A stretch of 64,000 bases of DNA. It comes from Daphnia carinata (Eukaryota). Shown piece by piece: positions 52,208 through 64,000 of this stretch (position 1 is the stretch's first letter; every line of letters starts with the position of its first letter). Made by a program: the position numbers and the translations under genes. The notes below the pieces were generated by a model. That model was not told the origin of the DNA and searched no databases. It saw nothing but the letters and a program-made list of their open reading frames with translations. The stretch spans positions 7,998,001-8,062,000 of the forward strand of contig NC_081333.1 of the NCBI RefSeq assembly GCF_022539665.2, in the 5' to 3' direction.

Positions 52208-54285
52208 AAGATGTTCATTAAATGAATATATATAACTCAAAATGTCAAATACAATGCATGTATACTATTCAATATCATTAATGCACTAAAAGTTGTAGAA
52301 TCTCCACGAAGTGAGATTAAAGTGCATTGTTCCATTAATAACGAAATATTCTCCCATGATTGGGAACAGCAAAAATTGAAAATATAACGTAGGCGTCAAC
52401 AAAAAGACATTGCGGCATAAATAAGGAAATGTTCACAACAGTGAACAGAGCATCCTCACGACAGAAAAAAAGACAAGATCTGTAAACTTTTTTTTTTTTA
52501 AGAATTTGTATTGACAATATTCGGCACAATTTAAAGACTTGCAACTTTGAAAGGGCAAAATATCCGATTTCAAAGTTGCTGTCAACCAAGGTAGGGGGAG
52601 ACACTACCTCAGTTGACTCACCGGGGAGATTACCCGGTGCGTGGCTAAGAGAAGCCGGAAGAAGAGCGAAGGTTTCGGACAAGCTTTTACGTGAGCGATT
52701 AACTGTTAATTCGGATTTTTGGGTAGCCCCATAGCCCTCCAATGATATCATCGGACCATGAGGACCCCCACGTCCCCTTTCCAGACAGCGCACTCACAAC
52801 CTTTGCTGCTGATCACAGTAGGGGCATGACCCCCTACGGGCTTATTACAAATCAAAGGGAAACGGGGCCACAGAAAAGAAGGGAGCCCAGATATGCACTT
52901 CAATTTATATAACTTTTAATACTTTGTTTTCGAGCCGCAGCAACGACTGAAGGTAATGGATAGGAAGCATTTTTCAAAAATTCCTTCGGGCTTCCAACCG
53001 TTATCATTATGAAATTTGGTTCGACTAGATACTTTTGATTCAGTATGATTCTTAACCTATTTAAAGAAAACGAAACATGAATCACTTTTTTAACCTTTGC
53101 CTATCAATATATATTCAATAAGGCTCGGTGCAATCCTTCTTTACCTCTTGTTTTGGTGAACTACTGGTATTAATTGTATTCAGCTAATGGTTTGGCAGAC
53201 ATAGTGCTTGCTTGGATGGTAAGTTGACGGGCAGCGAACAAACTAATCATTAAGCGACTACCTGTTTTCTAATACCTATACAAATAACACAATAAATGGC
53301 ATTTTAATTAGTTGTAATCATGGGTTTCCAGCCACAAAAAAAGAGACAGACTTACTGGATGAGACGGTTCAAAAGGTTCCAACTTCTTTCAGGACCCCTG
53401 CATCAGAATGACAGACTGAGGAGTTCGGAAGTCGCGAACTGAGATAGCCAATTCCGTTAATATACTTGATCTCTTTCATACTAGGCTTGTAATCTAAATT
53501 TGCTGTACAATGAAACAAAGCAGTAAAATAATTCTGTATAAAAAATTTTACAAAATTGCATTTTGTTACACCTATTTGGCTTTGTAAAGTGATACTAACT
53601 TACAACATAGTCCTGTGAAGTTGGTCACAGGGCATGACAAGCAATACATCTTCGATATAAACTGAAGCAGTCTGAGTCAAAAATGCTTCCGTTGTCCAAA
53701 CACACTGCATAGTGACTGGTGGAACAGCAGAAAATAAAGATGTAGATTAACTGATTTTCCAGGAATAAGTACTTTTGACGTTTGGAATTCTGACCAACTG
53801 TTTTTGCTGTTCACATTTTTCAAAATGTTGGGCACATACTTAAGGCCATTATAGCACAGAATTTTTTCCAGTTTTGCAAGCATACTATCACAGCATCTAT
53901 GAGGAACAGGAGAGATTAAAAGTTTTCTTTCCTTAAAAAATCTATTCATTTCATAACATACTGTGATAAGCTCTTCTTTTGTAATGGGCAGTCCTCTCTA
54001 AGTACTTGCATAAGTAATGCTTCAATACTTTGAACAGCTGAAACAAGCGGATGTGATACAAAAAAAATCAGCACCACTGGCAAGAATGTAAACATGAAGA
54101 CTTGTTATGGACAATATCTACAATTGGTACAAATGACAGATGGGATGAAACCACAGTATGACGAAATAGCCTGACGACGTATGGCAACCGCGAAGTACGC
54201 TACAGCGCTAGCGCGATGCAGCAGAAAAATTCGGTGAGTGTATGTAGAGAATTACCTAGAAGTCTGACCGGGAGGTGGCGAGTAT

Positions 54286-54422
54286 GGCAATCCGTTTTAC
54301 CCCCCCAAAAAAAAAAAAAATATCGGCCTTTTTTTCTATTTCACTGCTATCGCCATCTAACGGTGGATAGCAGTAAAACAGAAAGTAAGGCCGATATTTT
54401 TTTTTTGGGGGGGGGGGGGGTA
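54286..54422. mobile_element. Mini foldback/MITE with the same GGCAATCCGTTTTAC terminus; right end truncated
   Basis: Left terminus preceded by TAT; internal palindrome C-tract/A-tract/tatcggcctt..actgctatc / gatagcagt..aaggccgata/T-tract/G-tract. Confidence 0.7.
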
Positions 54423-54629
54423 TCTAGTCTCAGATGATCTATACCTCATCCTGTGTTCTAAAGTGATCTGCTTTCACAGCTACATTTCTGTGTTCTTTTC
54501 CGTTACTAAGATCTATTCTGATTCTCCTGATGTCCATCTCAAGAGGTTTTTATTTGCTTTTCAACATCCATTTCAAAGTGGTACATGTGGCTTTGATTAA
54601 TATTACCATAAAGACTGCCGAAAATGGAA

Positions 54630-55205
54630 AATTTCGTTTCAAGAAATTCGACTTGTATTGAATTTACGTTTTTACAAATGGTGTATTAGATGTTTTGTCA
54701 GACCTTACACTTACACTCAATGCGAAACAGGAGTTTGACACTTCGTCGTTTCCAGTGACATCTCAACCATCGGTGCAACCGATGAAGGCAAAACTTTTGA
54801 ACGTTTCAAAAACGAACACGTCAACAACGCTCAATTTTACTTCGACCGTTTCACGTTCTTTCAGTGATCAACGCAATTTGTTAATCGGTTTCATCTCTAG
54901 AATCTTCGAAGACTCTTTAGCCAGCCCTAAAATCCAAAATACGTCCATCATACCTTCTCCTGGTGTCTCTTTTCCTGCATCAGACCATTATCCCGATCGT
55001 GATCATCATTACTCTATCATTTCGTCTCTATACCATTTTTCTTCGCCTTCTCGTCGCCTATTCTGGGCATTACGCCGATATTTCAGCAACTTGTGAAAGA
55101 ATGTGATAATGTAAAATTTAAATGAAACTCCTGTATTTCTTTCCCTTATTTATTTCTTTTTTTTTCTTTTCTACATTGTGTTTAAATGTGTAGAGTAGCA
55201 CTTAT
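54630..55205 (+). pseudogene. Inverted duplicate of the last exon and 3' UTR of the 60328-61102 gene
   Basis: Near-identical reverse complement of 60219-60794; begins inside the preceding intron and lacks the upstream exons. Confidence 0.85.
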
Positions 55206-58200
55206 GGCAATCCGTTTTACACAAAAAAAAAAAAAAAAAATTTCGCCAAAAAAAAAAAAAAAATCACACTTTTTTCTTTTTTCCGACACTTAGCCATCTA
55301 CCGCTCAGACTCGTTATTACTGGCGTAGGCAATTTCAGTCCATTGGATGCCATTCGCAGTTAGTTCAGTAACGTGGATGGAGAATAACGCGTGGCTGGAG
55401 GAGCAATTGAAAAATGGATAAGATAATACGACAAAAGGATGGTAAGTATAAACATTATTATATTTGTTTTGAATTATTAATTATTGTTTATTAGATCAAA
55501 TTATGAAGCTGCAGGCCTAATTATTGGAACAACACAAAATATTAGATAACAGCAAAGCTAAGGATGGTAAGGCCTAATACATAATGATTCTATTTATTTG
55601 CTTTTATTCATTTGTGTTTTGTAGCTCAAATTTTGAGTCTACAAGCCCAGCTAAGGGAAAAGAACAAATTTGAATGGAACAGTTTCCAAACAGTGAAGGA
55701 GGTTTTTCCAAACTCATCCCTAACTGAACATGAATTGGCATTAGGCGAACACAGTCAGGTATCTCAACTTTTCAAATAAGAATTCAAAATAAGTATAGAA
55801 TTTTAACAAACAATTATTTATTGTTTAGTTATTCAGTCTACCACCTGACAGTGTGTTAAAGTTAAATTCTGTTAGTGTTGCACTAAAAGAATTGTTAGTA
55901 ATAAGTCCATGCAGCGAAGGAATTGAACAATTGTGGGACCGTATTTGGGCTGAAAATGGGTGTGGTACGGAAACCAAGATATGGCACAAGTTCAACATGA
56001 AACATGGATTAGGTACTTTTCGGTTTTATGTCTATTGAAAAAGTATTTTTAATGCTATTATTTTGCATTCACAGAATTTAATGGGGGATCAAATCAAGTC
56101 TGGAAGTGTTACAGGATGGAAGAGTCAGCCTACAGATGAAAAAACACAGAGTGCATTACCATTACGGTATGAGGTAAAGTAATAGAGTATGCACATTGTC
56201 TAATGAGAAGTACCATCTTGTGTTAATAAATCCAGTACAACAGCAATCCTTTATAGTTCTGTCACAGCTAGAAACCTCAAATAATTCTGCTTCTCTGTCT
56301 AAAGAACAACTTGTCCTTTACGTTCAGAGTGTTGGGGAAACTGGGTACTTAAATGGCCCTAAAGATGTTTTAATTTTGCTGCCATTGCAGAGATGAACAT
56401 CATACATGGACTCTTTAGGTATGAAAGGATTTTTCTTCAAATAATTTTGAATTTATGACGAAGAATTTCTCCTCCTTTTTGCCAACCAGGTCTAATCTAC
56501 CAAAAAAAATTTTATCCAATAGGAAAGGATTTTCATGTACTGGGAACACAACTATCAACAATGCAACATTATACAGGTGCTAGTTTATCATTCAAGAGCC
56601 TTATACAATGATGTTAATCTGCAATTTGTATGTCCTTCCCCAAGCTTCCACCAGAAGTTGAATCTATGAGTCATGTAAGTTACATGATCAACAGTTGATA
56701 TGTTTAATGGTGTTGTTTTTCTTTTCTCAATATAGGTTAATAGTAACATTGGATCTGAAAAAATTCTTGGTTGGGGCAAGACACTGAATAAATTGTATTG
56801 ATTGGATGGATGACATGACATTTCTATACTTAATTCGGATTCCCCAGACGGTATTTGATATTAAAAAAATTGAAGTGCATATCTGGGCTCCCTTCTTTTC
56901 TGAAGCCCCGTTTCCCCTTGACTCGTAATAAGCCCGTAGGGGGTCATGCCCCTACTGTACGGTATATATAAAAACAACATATACCGAGGTTTGGAGGGCT
57001 CTGGCCGGAAAGGGGACGTGGGGTGCCGCTTAGTCCGATGATGTGTTCACGGAGGGCGATGTGGCTACCCACAAATCCGAACTAAAGGTTAATCGCTCCT
57101 GTAAAAATGTTCCAAATCTTCAGCTCTTCTTCCGGCTTCTCTTAGCCAATCACCGGGTAATCTCCCCGGTGGGTCAACAAGGCAGTGTCTCCCCCTGCCT
57201 GGGTTGACGGCAACTTTTGAAAAGGCTATTGTGCCTTTTTAAAGTTGCAAAAATAATTGTAATGTGCAGAGAATTGTCAATAAATTTTTTTTTATAAAAT
57301 TTTTATAAAATTTTGTTTCTTTCACTGTCTGTTTTTATACATTACATTTATCATCTTGTTTTTATTTAGCTTTCTCAATTCTCCTTTATTGTTTATGCCA
57401 CGATTAATGGTAAGCATTGTTTCCTGTAAGCATAGTTTATCTGTAAGCATTCAATTATTATCCAGGGACCGAACCCTAGATGTTCGGCATTCCGCGCCGA
57501 TGCTTTACCAATGAGCCATGAATCATATGATGTTAAGTTGGCTTCTTTCTAGTCACTTGCGGACTTGCATTTACACTTTGATAAAAATTTGCAATACTGA
57601 AGTAATTTTGTATTTAGTATATTTTTTACATCTAGTAAGGTTCGATCCTCAGACATTCAACAGTTATCGCAACTGAATGCTCTAACATTGAGCTATGATA
57701 TATATAAAAGCAATACAAAGATAAACATATAGTTATCGTCTAGGATGTTTATGCATAAACATTCACATAACATATGATATATCTTTAATAAAAAATTTAT
57801 ATATATCTCGTGGCTCAATGTTAGAGCATCGGCGTTGCGATGAACTGTTACTGAGGATCGATTCCTACTAGAGTAAAACAATATACTATATGGACAAAAT
57901 TACTTCAGAAAATATCAAGGTATTACAAGTTGTTCCTTGTCTAAGTTCATCATATGATTCATGGCTCATTGGTTCAAAAAGTGTAATAAATAATAATTGA
58001 ACACTTACAGATAAACGATACAACGGTGGCAAAAACAATAAAGGAGAATTGAGAAAGCTAAATAAAAACAAGATGATAAATGTAATGTATAAAAACAGAC
58101 AGTGAAAGAAACAAAATTTGCAAAAACATTTTATAAAAAAAAATTTATTGACAATTCTCTGCACATTACAATTATTTTTGCAACTTTAAAAAGGCACAAT

Positions 58201-60218
58201 AGCCTTTTCAAAAGTTGCCGTCAACCCAGGCAGGGGGAGACACTGCCTTGTTGACCCACCGGGGAGATTACCCGGTGATTGGCTAAGAGAAGCCGGAAGA
58301 AGAGCTGAAGATTTGGAACATTTTTACAGGAGCGATTAACCTTTAGTTCGGATTTGTGGGTAGCCACATCGCCCTCCGTGAACACATCATCGGACTAAGC
58401 GGCACCCCACGTCCCCTTTCCGGCCAGAGCCCTCCAAACCTCGGTATATGTTGTTTTTATATATACCGTACAGTAGGGGCATGACCCCCTACGGGCTTAT
58501 TACGAGTCAAGGGGAAACGGGGCTTCAGAAAAGAAGGGAGCCCAGATATGCACTTCAATTTTTTTAATATCAAATACCGTCTGGGGAATCCGAATTAAGT
58601 ATAGAAATGTCATGTCATCCATCCAATCAATACAATTTATTCAGTGTCTTGCCCCAACCAAGAATTTTTTCAGATCCAATGTTACTATTAACCTATATTG
58701 AGAAAAGAAAAACAACACCATTAAACATATCAACTGTTGATCATGTAACTTACATGACTCATAGATTCAACTTCTGGTGGAAGCTTGGGGAAGGACATAC
58801 AAATTGCAGATTAACATCATTGTATAAGGCTCTTGAATGATAAACTAGCACCTGTATAATGTTGCATTGTTGATAGTTGTGTTCCCAGTACATGAAAATC
58901 CTTTCCTATTGGATAAAATTTTTTTTGGTAGATTAGACCTGGTTGGCAAAAAGGAGGAGAAATTCTTCGTCATAAATTCAAAATTATTTGAAGAAAAATC
59001 CTTTCATACCTAAAGAGTCCATGTATGATGTTCATCTCTGCAATGGCAGCAAAATTAAAACATCTTTAGGGCCATTTAAGTACCCAGTTTCCCCAACACT
59101 CTGAACGTAAAGGACAAGTTGTTCTTTAGACAGAGAAGCAGAATTATTTGAGGTTTCTAGCTGTGACAGAACTATAAAGGATTGCTGTTGTACTGGATTT
59201 ATTAACACAAGATGGTACTTCTCATTAGACAATGTGCATACTCTATTACTTTACCTCATACCGTAATGGTAATGCACTCTGTGTTTTTTCATCTGTAGGC
59301 TGACTCTTCCATCCTGTAACACTTCCAGACTTGATTTGATCCCCCATTAAATTCTGTGAATGCAAAATAATAGCATTAAAAATACTTTTTCAATAGACAT
59401 AAAACCGAAAAGTACCTAATCCATGTTTCATGTTGAACTTGTGCCATATCTTGGTTTCCGTACCACACCCATTTTCAGCCCAAATACGGTCCCACAATTG
59501 TTCAATTCCTTCGCTGCATGGACTTATTACTAACAATTCTTTTAGTGCAGCACTAACAGAATTTAACTTTAACACACTGTCAGGTGGTAGACTGAATAAC
59601 TAAACAATAAATAATTGTTTGTTAAAATTCTATACTTATTTTGAATTCTTATTTGAAAAGTTGAGATACCTGACTGTGTTCGCCTAATGCCAATTCATGT
59701 TCAGTTAGGGATGAGTTTGGAAAAACCTCCTTCACTGTTTGGAAACTGTTCCATTCAAATTTGTTCTTTTCCCTTAGCTGGGCTTGTAGACTCAAAATTT
59801 GAGCTACAAAACACAAATGAATAAAAGCAAATAAATAGAATCATTATGTATTAGGCCTTACCATCCTTAGCTTTGCTGTTATCTAATATTTTGTGTTGTT
59901 CCAATAATTAGGCCTGCAGCTTCATAATTTGATCTAATAAACAATAATTAATAATTCAAAACAAATATAATAATGTTTATACTTACCATCCTTTTGTCGT
60001 ATTATCTTATCCATTTTTCAATTGCTCCTCCAGCCACGCGTTATTCTCCATCCACGTTACTGAACTAACTGCGAATGGCATCCAATGGACTGAAATTGCC
60101 TACGCCAGTAATAACGAGTCTGAGCGGTAGATGGCTAAGTGTCGGAAAAAAGAAAAAAGTGTGATTTTTTTTTTTTTTGGCGAAATTTTTTTTTTTTTTT
60201 TGTGTAAAACGGATTGCC
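55206..60218. mobile_element. Foldback-type DNA element, copy 2 (~5.0 kb)
   Basis: Same termini and AT flanks as copy 1; arms almost identical to each other; spacer (~57430-58010) with three tRNA-like units (about 57460-57525 -, 57630-57700 -, 57806-57872 +). Confidence 0.92.
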
Positions 60219-60327
60219 ATAAGTGCTACTCTACACATTTAAACACAATGTAGAAAAGAAAAAAAAAGAAATAAATAAGGGAAAGAAATACAGGAGTTTC
60301 ATTTAAATTTTACATTATCACATTCTT

Positions 60328-61102
60328 TCACAAGTTGCTGAAATATCGGCGTAATGCCCAGAATAGGCGACGAGAAGGCGAAGAAAAATGGTATAGAGAC
60401 GAAATGATAGAGTAACGATGATCACGATCGGGATAATGGTCTGATGCAGGAAAAGAGACACCAGGAGAAGGTATGATGGACGTATTTTGGATTTTAGGGC
60501 TGGCTAAAGAGTCTTCGAAGATTCTAGAGATGAAACCGATTAACAAATTGCGTTGATCACTGAAAGAACGTGAAACGGTCGAAGTAAAATTGAGCGTTGT
60601 TGACGTGTTCGTTTTTGAAACGTTCAAAAGTTTTGCCTTCATCGGTTGCACCGATGGTTGAGATGTCACTGGAAACGACGAAGTGTCAAACTCCTGTTTC
60701 GCATTGAGTGTAAGTGTAAGGTCTGACAAAACATCTAATACACCATTTGTAAAAACGTAAATTCAATACAAGTCGAATTTCTTGAAACGAAATTAAAAAA
60801 AAACTCACGTCGCGGATTTAACCAATGCTGGGATGTATTGGAACTGTTGGAAATGTTGCTAACGAAATCATTGTTTGCTACTGCTATTACTATGCCAGAT
60901 GGTGGCTGCTGACTGTTATGTAGGCCAGGAGCGCTTTTCACCAAAGCAATAAATGGTTCAAGGAAAACTGGTATGTATAATTTGCGTAGGAACATCTATA
61001 AATAAAACTTCAATAGTTAAGGCATGGCGTTTGTTAAAGAGGAACTAATAACCTCACCTTTACACCGAGAAGACCACCTTCATCTGTGGCAAGAAGTTGC
61101 AT
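60328..61102 (-). CDS. Uncharacterised Ser/Thr-rich, possibly secreted protein
   Basis: Putative exons 61058-61102, ~60809-60995 (MFLRKLYIPVFLEPFIALVKSAP..) and 60328-~60734, joined by GT-AG introns; no recognised domain. Confidence 0.5.
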
Positions 61103-61480
61103 TTCTTCTGTATTTATAAATGATTTTTGACGCCCTTCGTATCCTGTTTTTCCCTTAGGCACATTTCCAAGGAGCTAACGTTTACCAAATTACATCACAT
61201 ACTACACTGAAATTTAAGAAAGCTATGATCTTGCCGTTAACAAAAACACAAATAAAGACAAATCAATTTAAATTATTTTCGTCCACGAAAGATCTTTTGT
61301 TATAAGAGTGGGTGACTAATGAAATCATTAAACCCTTCAAAATGAATCCAAAACTTTTTTTTCTTCAAATTTTCCACGATCATGGAAGGCATGCCAGTAT
61401 ATTTTTATACAAAACTATCACGACACGGCTTGCACACGATAGGACACAGGTCGGCTCATCCATGAATCAGTGTCGGTCAA

Positions 61481-62705
61481 TCATACGATAAATTTGCCTT
61501 TTTTCGCTAATCGATTAAGTTTCTTTTCTTTTTTCTCGGTCTTCTTCTTCCCGATGTTGGCTTTTCTCTTCTTCTGTTGGTCTTCTTTTCTCTTCTCTTG
61601 CGCTTCGATTCGTTCATCCCATTTCTTTTTGCTTTGTTGCTTCATTTTTTCTCGCTTCTTAATCGATTTTGCCAGCAACTCTACGTTGTCTTTCACCTAT
61701 GGTAATACAGAAATGTAAAAGTTTATGAAGATCTAAAAAAAAATGTTTGGTAATCGAAAGTTTACCTTGACACCCTCAGCTCTTTGCAGAGCACCTTCCC
61801 ATGCTTGTTTCTCTTCAATACTCCTTGCTCTTTCTACTTCACCTTTGCCTTCCAAATGTTTGACTTTTTCTTTCACTTTTTTAATTTTAATGAGTGCTGC
61901 CTTTGGATCTAAGGTGGTCTTTTTCTGGATTGGTGATGGAGTTGTCAACTCTCCAAAATCAAATTTGCTGAAAACCATGCGACCTTCACTGTTGAAAATT
62001 GGCTTTGGTGGTCTGCTTGTTACGGTTGGCTCAGGAATTTCTGTTTTGACAGACTCTGTAAGTGAAGAGGTTGATGATACAGATGCTGCCTTGGTAGCTT
62101 GTGCAAGTTTTGCAATTTTGGACCTCATCTTGTTATTTTTCCTTTTTAGTTTCTTCTTCTCCAATTTATCTAATTTCCGTTTAAGTTTCGTTTTCATTTT
62201 CTTATCGGACAAATCCAGTTTTTTACCTGAAATTAGATGGCATAAGCTGGCTGGCCTTCCTTAAATATAAATGTTAACACATACCTGTGAACTGTGAGAG
62301 CTTAGCTGCTAGACGTTCTTTCAGTTCTTCAGGATTGGAAGCACGGTTCCCGGTGTCAAATTTCTGGGTAGAACTGTTGTGGTCATCACCAGCCTTGTTA
62401 CCATCGAGATCTTGTACTGTAGAAACACCCTGAGTTGGAATATTGGTCAGTAGGCTAGAAATGAAAAGGTCCTCAGAAGAGAGTTGCGTCTTTAAAGCGG
62501 CGATGTCAATGGGCCCTCGCTTTTTATCAAGCTCTTGATCTTTTGGGTCCATTTTCTTTAAATTTTGTTTAGACGACACTTTCAAGTTCTTGTTTTCCGC
62601 TTTACCATTTACCAAAACTGCCGGAGCCATCACTGGACCGGAAGAATCCTTTTTTGAAGAAGATTTCCTATTATCTATTCTTCCACTTGCGACAGATTTA
62701 CTCAT
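61481..62705 (-). CDS. Surf6: Surfeit locus protein 6 (nucleolar, Rrp14 family)
   Basis: Exons 62285-62705, 61766-62226, 61481-61696; motifs MVFSKFDF, AWEGALQRAEGVKVKDNVELLAKSIKKREKMKQQSKKKWDER. Confidence 0.93.
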
Positions 62706-63320
62706 TAAAAACTAGAGTTATTTGAAGTTAACCAAACGTTTCCTTCACAACTGCTAGAGTAGACACGTTTTTGTACTGGTAATCGCCATCTTGCTTACAC
62801 TTCAAACACAGCACCTAGTGAGTATATTGAAAACCAAAAGTAGGACGAGAAAATTGGATGAAATGGTTATCAGGAATTAGCATTTCCGTACAAATGAACA
62901 ACTTGTTTAGGGGCTGTCGATGATTACAATTGTTGACGCGATTACCCAGATGCCAATTTGGTTTTTTACCTTTCTTCTAAAAAGGTAACGGCTATCCAAA
63001 ACGCGATGCGAATTATCGCCCTTTCCACACAACAATCATCTGCTTAAAATTGATCAGCGACATACTGAAGCGCATGCTATAGAACATTCAGTCGGTTACC
63101 TCGTAAGCAAAAATGGCCTTATAAACCTGACGATACTTCACTTAATAGGAGAAGCCTTCCGATACCCATCATTTATGTAGAATTTTTTTATTTTTGAAAA
63201 ATACGCCAAATGAAAAAGGTTACCACGTTTTAGAGGTTGTTGTAAACAAGTCTTATGAAGACTAAAATACTAAATACTTTAATTTTGACGAAAATGAAAC
63301 CCTCGTCTTCAGATTGTCCT

Positions 63321-63970
63321 CTAATGACGATTGGTAACAAAAGCCTATAAAAAATAGTGACTTAAATTCTTTTATCATCATCATTCACCATAAAAACTTT
63401 ATGATTACCAAATATGTATTCCAAAAAACTGCCACAACTTGAGCAACAAGTACTCTGTGCTGTAGAGGTACAAAATAGAAATTAACCATCTGTACCATTG
63501 GCCAAACCTATGGAGAAATGTAGAAACTGTAATCCAGGCTTTAGGAACATATTTGATTATAGTTTGTAGTAAACCTTCCAATTGGTGAGCAAAATTTCTG
63601 GAAGATCTTGTTCCACTCGGGCAGCTATTTTTTGAGGGTTTTCCCCATTTAGGGTTCCCATTGTGCTCAAAAAAATTACAAGAAAAGTTGGAGCAAATAA
63701 CAATTGATCAGCTGCAACTTTGAGCAGGACACCCTTTGCACCCGTAGATCTGATGTAATGATCTAAGATATTGTACCATCCTCGAATAGCAGGTCCCTGA
63801 CAGATTGAGAACTTTGTTGCACAGTAATAAGAACTCTTAAATAGTAATACTAACAGCAACGAAGAAACCGAATCCCGCAAATTTCACCGTTCGCAAGAAA
63901 TTATATTCCTTAGCTCCTTTCTTTTCAACGAATACTTGAGACAAGAAGTCTCCCGTTCCCATGAGAATTG
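63321..63970 (-). CDS. Mpv17: Mpv17/PMP22-family membrane protein, 3' part
   Basis: Exons 63855-63970 ([20 protein letters not shown]), 63575-63796 ([22 protein letters not shown]), 63409-63507 ([33 protein letters not shown]), 63321-63344. Confidence 0.92.
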
Positions 63971-64000
63971 CTAGAAAAACACGTTAGTAGGCGAATGAAT

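Larger units (their letters stand above)
46603..54200. mobile_element. Older, diverged relative(s) of the foldback element
   Basis: Degenerate left end (gcaattcaattttt-A-tract-tttcgc, compare 55206-55246); structured module in inverted orientation at 49729-50105 and 52541-52903; tRNA-like units between them; decayed spliced genes pointing inward. Confidence 0.5.

Noticed and set aside
58148..58176. Bacterial-like TTGACA -35 box beside the structured module
   Set aside because: No correctly spaced -10 box; better explained as the reverse complement of the polyadenylation-signal region.

Overview
AT-rich arthropod genomic DNA with many short spliceosomal introns. Gene style and the Y/T/A/P-rich gene family suggest a crustacean such as Daphnia (inference). 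Host genes, left to right: 5' part of a ZP-domain gene (-), Synapsin (+, about 11.2-25.9 kb) with Timp nested antisense in one intron, mRpL55 (+) tail-to-tail with Taf8 (-), three tandem Tyr/Thr/Ala/Pro-rich secreted-protein paralogs (one intact), an unknown small secreted-type gene, Surf6 and the 3' part of Mpv17. About 32.6-60.8 kb is dominated by one unusual DNA-element family: two ~5 kb foldback elements (GGCAATCCGTTTTAC termini, AT flanks), an older asymmetric relative and a mini-derivative. Each arm carries a decayed spliced gene ending in a conserved ~380-nt multi-hairpin module with a compensatory base change. The central spacers hold clusters of tRNA-like units. Also notable: a 140-bp satellite built from an exon+intron unit, and a possible non-AUG start for synapsin. 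All analysis was done by eye; no database searches or folding programs were run.
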